NCBI GenBank assembly: GCA_951406725.2
Contig: OX597815.1
Location: 196,168,001-196,232,000, forward strand
DNA length: 64,000 nucleotides
Source of the DNA: Octopus vulgaris
Taxonomy: Eukaryota
Direction: 5' to 3'
Under the pieces are notes generated by a model. It saw only the letters and a program-made list of their open reading frames with translations. It made no database searches and was not told where the DNA came from. The translations under genes were made by a program, and so were the position numbers. This document shows positions 57,415 through 64,000 of this stretch, one piece after another (the first letter of the stretch is position 1; each line of letters begins with the position of its first letter).

Positions 57415-57860
57415 TTTCTATTATAGGTAAAAGGCCAGACACTATGGGGGAGGGGAATTAATAAATTCCGTCGACCTAAGTACTTGACTAGTACTTATTT
57501 TATGAAATTCAAAAGGATGAAATGCAATGACGAACTCGGCGGAATTTGAAGTGAGAATGTAAAGACGCATGAAATGTTGCTAAGCACTTTGTCCATCGTG
57601 CTAACGATTCTGCTAGGTAGCCGTCTTATATGTGGCATTAAATATTAGTTTCAAATTTTGGCACAAGACCAGGTAAGCTCTGTAGGGGAGCGTGTTAATT
57701 ACATGGACTCCAGTACTAAAGTGGTACTTATTTTATCAACCACGAAAGATTGAAATGCAGAGCGAACCTCGGCGGAATTCCTATCCAGAATGAAAAGACT
57801 GACGAAATACCAACTAAACATTTCGCTCGGCGAGCTAACGAGCCAGCCACTTGGTCGCCT
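57415..57860 (-). mobile_element. Two old Meta-type SINEs
   Basis: tacttatttt...ctcggcggaatt...gctaacg motifs occur twice. Confidence 0.7.
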
Positions 57861-58001
57861 TTCTTGCATAAAACATCAAGATCAATTTAAATTAAAACAT
57901 GTGGCATGTATGTACACACGCACTCACACACGCACAAATATATATATATATATATATATTATTTTGAATTTGTGTGAACGTAAATAAAATAATATATAAG
58001 T

Positions 58002-58202
58002 TGAATATAGTTAAATCATAGTATGGTTTTCAGGTTTTTTCATTATGGTATTTTAACAAAATTAGCGCTTTCATACATAGCGTACTCATCAGATTTCAAA
58101 TGATTCGAAATCGGATGGGAACAATATGTGTGGAAACGCTAATTTTTTGAAAATACCATAATAAAAAACTTGAAAGCCATACTATATTTTAACCTTATTC
58201 AA
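58002..58202. mobile_element. Palindromic MITE (~200 bp)
   Basis: ttgaata...agtatggttttcaggtttttt pairs with aaaaaacttgaaagccatact...tattcaa; centre near 58102. Confidence 0.8.
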
Positions 58203-58274
58203 GTTAGATAGATAGATAGATATGTATGTTTATATATGTACACACACATTTACACTCACACACACACAAGCACC

Positions 58275-58306
<32 letters not shown>

Positions 58307-58340
58307 CTTCGTTATAAGATCATAAAATATAGAGTAGTTG

Positions 58341-58819
58341 TTTATTATTGTATGCGTAACGTAATAGTTTAGAGAAAAAAATTGGTTTCATATCTAGCGT
58401 GATCTAGACACCTCTTCAGTTTTTCTAAACAATAACTGTTCTCTGCAAAGAATGTTTTTCTTTAAAACGCAAGAACGTGGGTGATAGCTCAAGAAATATT
58501 CCTCTTAAAAAATTATGGTCGGGCGAGTTGTCTTCCTTCGCTTGACAGCTAGGTTTTCCAATTTTTAAGTAAACATTTCGGAATATTTTACTTCAAAATT
58601 GGAAAACCTAGCTATCAACCGAAGAAAGATAACTCACCCGGCCTTAAATTTTGAAGAGGAATATTTCTTGAACTATCAGCAGCGTCCTTGTGTTTTTGAA
58701 AATCCTTCTTTGCAGAGAACCGTTATCATTTAGAGAAACTGAAGAGATGTCTAGTTCACGCGAGATATGAAACCAATGGGTTTTTTCTAAACTATTACGT
58801 TTTACATACAATTATAAAT
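58341..58819. mobile_element. Spacer-less foldback element (~240-bp arms)
   Basis: aacgtaatagtttaga...agctaggttttccaatttt pairs with aaaattggaaaacctagct...tctaaactattacgtt; centre atttcggaat near 58580. Confidence 0.88.
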
Positions 58820-58838
58820 ATATATATATATATATATA

Positions 58839-59045
58839 CCGGAGTAAACACATAAATGTGAAATAAGGTGAAAAAAAGAATACTCAAATACCACTGGTAG
58901 AGTAATATGATTTATTTAAAAGCAGCACAAAATTCAACAAAACCTGTTACTCTGAGTTTCACATTCCCGTTCGTGTCCGACGAACAGGAACGTGAAACTC
59001 AGAGTAACAGGTTTTGTTGAATTTTCTGCTGCTTTTAAATAAAGT
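58839..59045. mobile_element. PLE-type terminal repeat folded back on itself within (TA)n, with HHR variant
   Basis: 58911-58974 and 58980-59043 are inverted; the right arm reads TGT-CCGACGA-ACAGGAACGT-GAAAC-TCAGA-GTA-ACA. Confidence 0.7.
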
Positions 59046-59151
59046 ATATATATATATATATATATATATAGGTGAATAAAAACTTCGAGGTGTGCGGACG
59101 ATATCGGACTGACCTGGTTCCTTAACTTAAGTGCCTAATTCAACTGCATTT

Positions 59152-59182
<31 letters not shown>

Positions 59183-59860
59183 TGATTGATTGATAGATAT
59201 ATGTATATATGCCTATACAGACATGTTCGTACACACATAGTTATCTGTACCTGCCTAGCTCTCCCTCATCTAATGTGTGTTTGAGTATGTGTGTGTGCGT
59301 GTGTGTGTGTGTGTATCATCAGGTTAGTTTTGTATCCTGATAGCAGAGAACAGAATCTTTTGAACCCGTATTCTGAAAAGAGAGGCATTCCTAGGCTGTT
59401 TTGTTTGTACAAGTGTTATTTACAATTAAATTTCCTATGCATGAGCCGCTTTGGTCTAAATATTCACACTAACAGAAAGGTTTTGTAGTGAACAGCGATA
59501 TCAATAAACATGTATTACTGTCGTTGCTGATTCATAAAATTAATTTTGTAATTTCAACATATTTAAAAAATGTAAATCAGTTGTTATATTGTTATATTTC
59601 TTAACAAGAGCAGCGTTTCAGAACATTTTGACATAACACAAAGCTCTTTTGTACTACGCCTCTAATGTATTCTAATGAGCGTGTCATTTACTTTCAGATT
59701 TTATTATTAGAGGGGAAAACTCTATTCATCTCTTACAAGCAACTCACAGCTCAGATATATATAGCATTCAAACGCATACAAAGGTCTCAACTCAGATATA
59801 ATTACTGTCTCTATCATCCTCTCTTTCTCTTCATCTCTATTTCACTCACTCATTCACACA

Positions 59861-59929
<69 letters not shown>

Positions 59930-60719
59930 CCTGCGTGCGTGCTCTTATGACATTTGCTCAGACCCACATACGCATTCTTATCATTAGCTTATAATTTTGG
60001 TGGGATTTACACATATTATAATGGTTAAAAATCCATACCACAGTTTTTGTCTTGTAAAATATGTTCCTTCTCATGAAAATGTTTTGGGGATAAGTATACT
60101 TCTTTGAGATATGCTGAAGACCATAATTAAATTTTCACTGGAAATTTATTTATTAAATCCATAATGTTTTCTCTTTGTTTCCTTTCGGATTAAAAAAAAA
60201 AAATCACTACTAGATTTCGGCTATCGTTCGCAAGCTAAAAGTCTATAACAGTTCATTGATTAATGCACGAGTTTGTCATTCCTTATATCTAGAGCTACTG
60301 AGCTCCATCTATTAAACGTGCCTGCCTATATTTTACCCTATGCTCATGTATTGTGTATGTATATGGCATTCTGTAAACCTGCGTTTGTAAAGGATTACGT
60401 GTGCGTCTATTGTATAGGTATTGCATGTTCTGTGTGACCGAGTTGTTGGGTACAGTGTGTATATATATACCCCAAGACGCTGAGTTAAGATTATAAAATC
60501 ACTTGTATCAGTGAAATTTTATCTATGTAATCAATAAGCGTATTTTCAGGACGTTTTATTTTACATTACTTAGGAAAAAGCAATAAGCCATGTCATTTCA
60601 ATTTTTCTTTTACCTAGCATTAGCAATATCTAGTTATCTACTTATATATTTTTTTAAAATTTTACTTGTTTTAGTCATTTGACTGCGGCCATGCTGGAGC
60701 ACACACACACACACACACA

Positions 60720-60761
<42 letters not shown>

Positions 60762-62443
60762 ATCAGCAACAATTTAGGTGCACCAGAATTTTGTATGGTG
60801 TTACCCATAAAAATTTGCGGGGTGATTATAATAAAAAAATAAGCAACATGAATGACTCTGGTGATTTGGTACAATTGTTTCGTGCTACAACATTTTATTA
60901 AAAGCTGTAAGTATTACAGCAGATTTAAGATGCTGAGTACTCTTCAGCCAATTTATAAAGGTTTTCCAATAATATAAAAGCTTTCAAATCCATTTTAGGG
61001 AAGGTAAATATACAGATAAAGATGTAGATATAAATTTTAGGAACATATGAAGTTGTGAAGTTCACTTGCATATATATATATATATATATATATTTGCATT
61101 TGATTTTTAATGTGATTGTATTTGCAAATGATGAATATCATGCGATTTACATACATAATAGTGTAGTGCTTCTTTATGAAATACGTGAAAATGGATAGAT
61201 ATTATGAAAGGTATAGGCATATTATTTTTTCACATAAGACATAAGTAAATGACAGAAGCATACGGTAATGCATTATGAATTCTGAAATACATGAGCTCGT
61301 AGGTCTGATGTCTTATCATAATGACTCTTTGCCGATTGGTTGCTACGAAATTGGCGAGAATAATTATGTTTCCATAGTCGCAGAAAATAGTAAATAACTG
61401 GCATCTCTAGTACTCTTGAACAGCCTGGTGTGGTGATTGCAAATAGCAGAAAGATTGTTATTACAAGACAGACAGTATATTATGGTCATTCAACAGCAAC
61501 CTGATGTGTGGCGCCAACTTTCTCGTTATATGAACCTGATCAAATAACGTCGATTGTGCCGACCTTATCTTGTCGCAGACGAAGAAAATATAGCGTAGCT
61601 CATAATCTTAAGTTGATTCGAAATTTTGTTCTTCAACTGAGGGACACGAGCACAATCAGTGTTCGCGGCCAGATAAAATTTAATTTCATTTTTGAACATG
61701 GAGGCTAAAATAGAAGAGGCAACTAGAGAGTTAGATTAAGAGAATTTACAAGAAAAGTTTCATAGCCATTACGAGGCTATATATACCCTGTACTGCAAGT
61801 GTTGGGCAGCAGCCATTGATTAAGTGGAAGAAAGGAAATAATGATAGGTGTAATGTTTAAATAAAAGCAAAAAAAGAAGGCAAAATACAGTAAATATAGA
61901 AGCAATAGAGTTAATTTTAAAATGTGTAGTTATAAAAATATTAAGGAATGAGAGAGAAAGTTATTACCTAATGAACAAGACTATCTACCATCGAATTCAA
62001 TCTACATAGCTCTACAAATATTCTTGTTGTTATTACGATGACTAAAACCAGATATTTTAAAGGTTATGTAAATTCGAGAGAATCTGTCGTAATATTTGAT
62101 TGCACGGCCAGAACAATCGAATGCGAAATCAACCGTCGAGACATTCAAACAGCAGACATGAGGGAGTGTAACTAAAAATACATGTCTACTACAAGCACAA
62201 TGTTACAAATTATGTTAATGTGTAGTTTTACATGATTATATAGCTACCAACCTCATAACTATAACTTATTATATCGATCTCAGACAGGATGAAAGGTAGT
62301 GTTGACCACACTCTAATCACATTTCAGAACATAAAGAGACGTAATTAAATGCGACTGTTCATTTTCTGCCGGTTGTAATGATTGATCCAGAAATATACCA
62401 TCAACCTATATATTCTCTTTTGTGACTCATAACTCTCTGTCTC

Positions 62444-62487
<44 letters not shown>

Positions 62488-62712
62488 CAACGCTCTCTTT
62501 TTTTTTCTTCCCTTCTGCACTTCACAAAGCTTTCTTGTAAGCATGCGCAAATTGACTCGGATATTCGGTGGGGAAGAGTCGACCCAATTTGAATAATAGA
62601 GCAGTGGTTTAACACCTAGCTGCTCTGCCATTTTCTGCTACGGCAATATCATCTTGTTTTCAGCAGTAATAGAGATATGGGCCGAAAGTCATGCACCAAA
62701 ATATTTCGCTAT

Positions 62713-63020
62713 TTCTTCTTCTTCTTCTTCTTCTTCTTCTTCTTCTTCTTCTTCTTCTTCTTCTTCTTCTTCTTCCTTCTTCCTCTTTACTTCTTATTCT
62801 CCTTCTTCCTCTTCCTTCTCCTCTTCTTCTTCTTCTTCTTCTTCTTCTTCTTTTTCTTCCTTTTTTCTTCCTCTTTTCTTCTTCTTCTTCTTCTTCTTCT
62901 TCTTCTTCATCTTCTTCCACTTTTCCTCTTTTCCTCTTCTTTTTCTTCTTCTTCTTTCTTTGCTTCTTCCCCTTTTCTTCTTATTCTCTTTTCTTCTTCT
63001 TCTACTTTTTATTCTTCTTA
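62713..63020. repeat. (TTC)n polypyrimidine tract
   Basis: Read directly from the sequence. Confidence 0.95.
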
Positions 63021-63470
63021 TTATTTTGTACCTCATTTACAATTACGTGTGTATTCATCATAATTTTATTTATATTTTATTCAATTCTAGAAAAGATGAA
63101 TGATATCTTTGAGGACTCCGTTGCATATTGAACTTATTATGTGCGTGACTTTTGCCCCACTCCCCGTATATCTTTCTACATTCACATCACCAGCCCTTCA
63201 TAATTTCAAGGAAGGTGAGTTGTAACGTGAAGGAGTCTTAGCTAGTGTTGCTGTTTCAGTGAATCGGATGGAAAGTTTGGGGTATAATTAAGGTTAATTA
63301 AGGTTGATGTAAGCGAAAGCGTGTGACAGCAGGGGCCAACATTTAGATTTATGATCATGCAACAAATAAGTTAATGTATATATACATTTTTATAAGCGAT
63401 ATTTCTAGGTTGCACGTTCGAAATTATTCGTATTGGTGTCGATGCAGCTAAAATTATATATATGTATGCA

Positions 63471-63670
63471 GGCGGTGAGCTGGCAGAAACGTTAGCGCGC
63501 CGGGCGAAATGGTAGCCGTAATTTCATCTGTCGTTACGTTCCGAGTTCAAATTCCGCCGAGGTCGACTTTGCCTTCCATCCTTTCGGGGTCGATAAATTA
63601 AGTACCAGTTACGTTTGTCGGTCCTTGTTTGTCCCTTCTGTGTTTAGCTCCTTGTGGGTAGTAAAGAAAT
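63471..63670 (+). mobile_element. Meta-type SINE (family B)
   Basis: Family B copy with an internal deletion; tatatatatgtatgca occurs on both sides as a TSD. Confidence 0.9.
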
Positions 63671-64000
63671 ATATATATGTATGCATGTTCACACACCTAC
63701 CTACATGCATATAACTGTTTCGAAAGATTCAGGTTTTTATACCCCAGATTATAAATTCACATTTATACCAATAATTGTACCACTTGGCTCTGTTCGTAAA
63801 TACCTGAGCAACAATCGGGGAAAGTCAAGGACTTTCAGAAAAAGAAATCATCGAACTAGTGCACACAATATAAATACAATATCGAAGTGGGACAGTAAAA
63901 ACAGGGACATTTTTTTATCAAAATCAGTAACTGACTTTCGCACGCACACACACACACGCACACACACACACACGCACACATACACACACGCATACACACA

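Noticed and set aside
58060-58097. Minus-strand hammerhead-like string AAAT-CTGATGA-GTAC-GCTAT-GTAT-GAAAG-CG-CTA-ATTT
   Set aside because: It lies in one arm of a palindromic MITE; the other arm reads CGGATGG...GGAAAC, so the core is not conserved. Probably chance, though cheap to test.

Overview
AT-rich, repeat-dominated eukaryotic DNA. The SINE families, microsatellite load and retroelement relics point to a cephalopod, probably Octopus; this is an inference. No intact host gene is recognisable, and almost all listed ORFs are microsatellite or SINE artefacts. The window holds three tRNA-headed SINE families (CORE-type, Meta-type, and one modular family with swapped tails). It also holds decayed Penelope-like elements (PLEs; GIY-YIG and RT relics), CR1/L2-group and Dong/R4 LINE relics, mariner fragments and MITEs, a complete non-autonomous Helitron, a Merlin-like element with internal telomeric repeats, and several foldback palindromes. 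The most notable signal is a set of about 11 hammerhead-ribozyme (HHR) or HHR-like motifs, most at PLE-type termini next to (TA)n tracts. They include a full canonical type I HHR (16395-16475), a second canonical one (14152-14197), a U3:A8 compensatory variant in both arms of a 1.7-kb inverted-repeat element, and a family of loopless-helix-III minimal hammerheads. The 3' ends of likely partner LINEs for two SINE families are also visible. Two weak minus-strand exon candidates join in frame. All calls were made by eye without database searches, so many boundaries are approximate.
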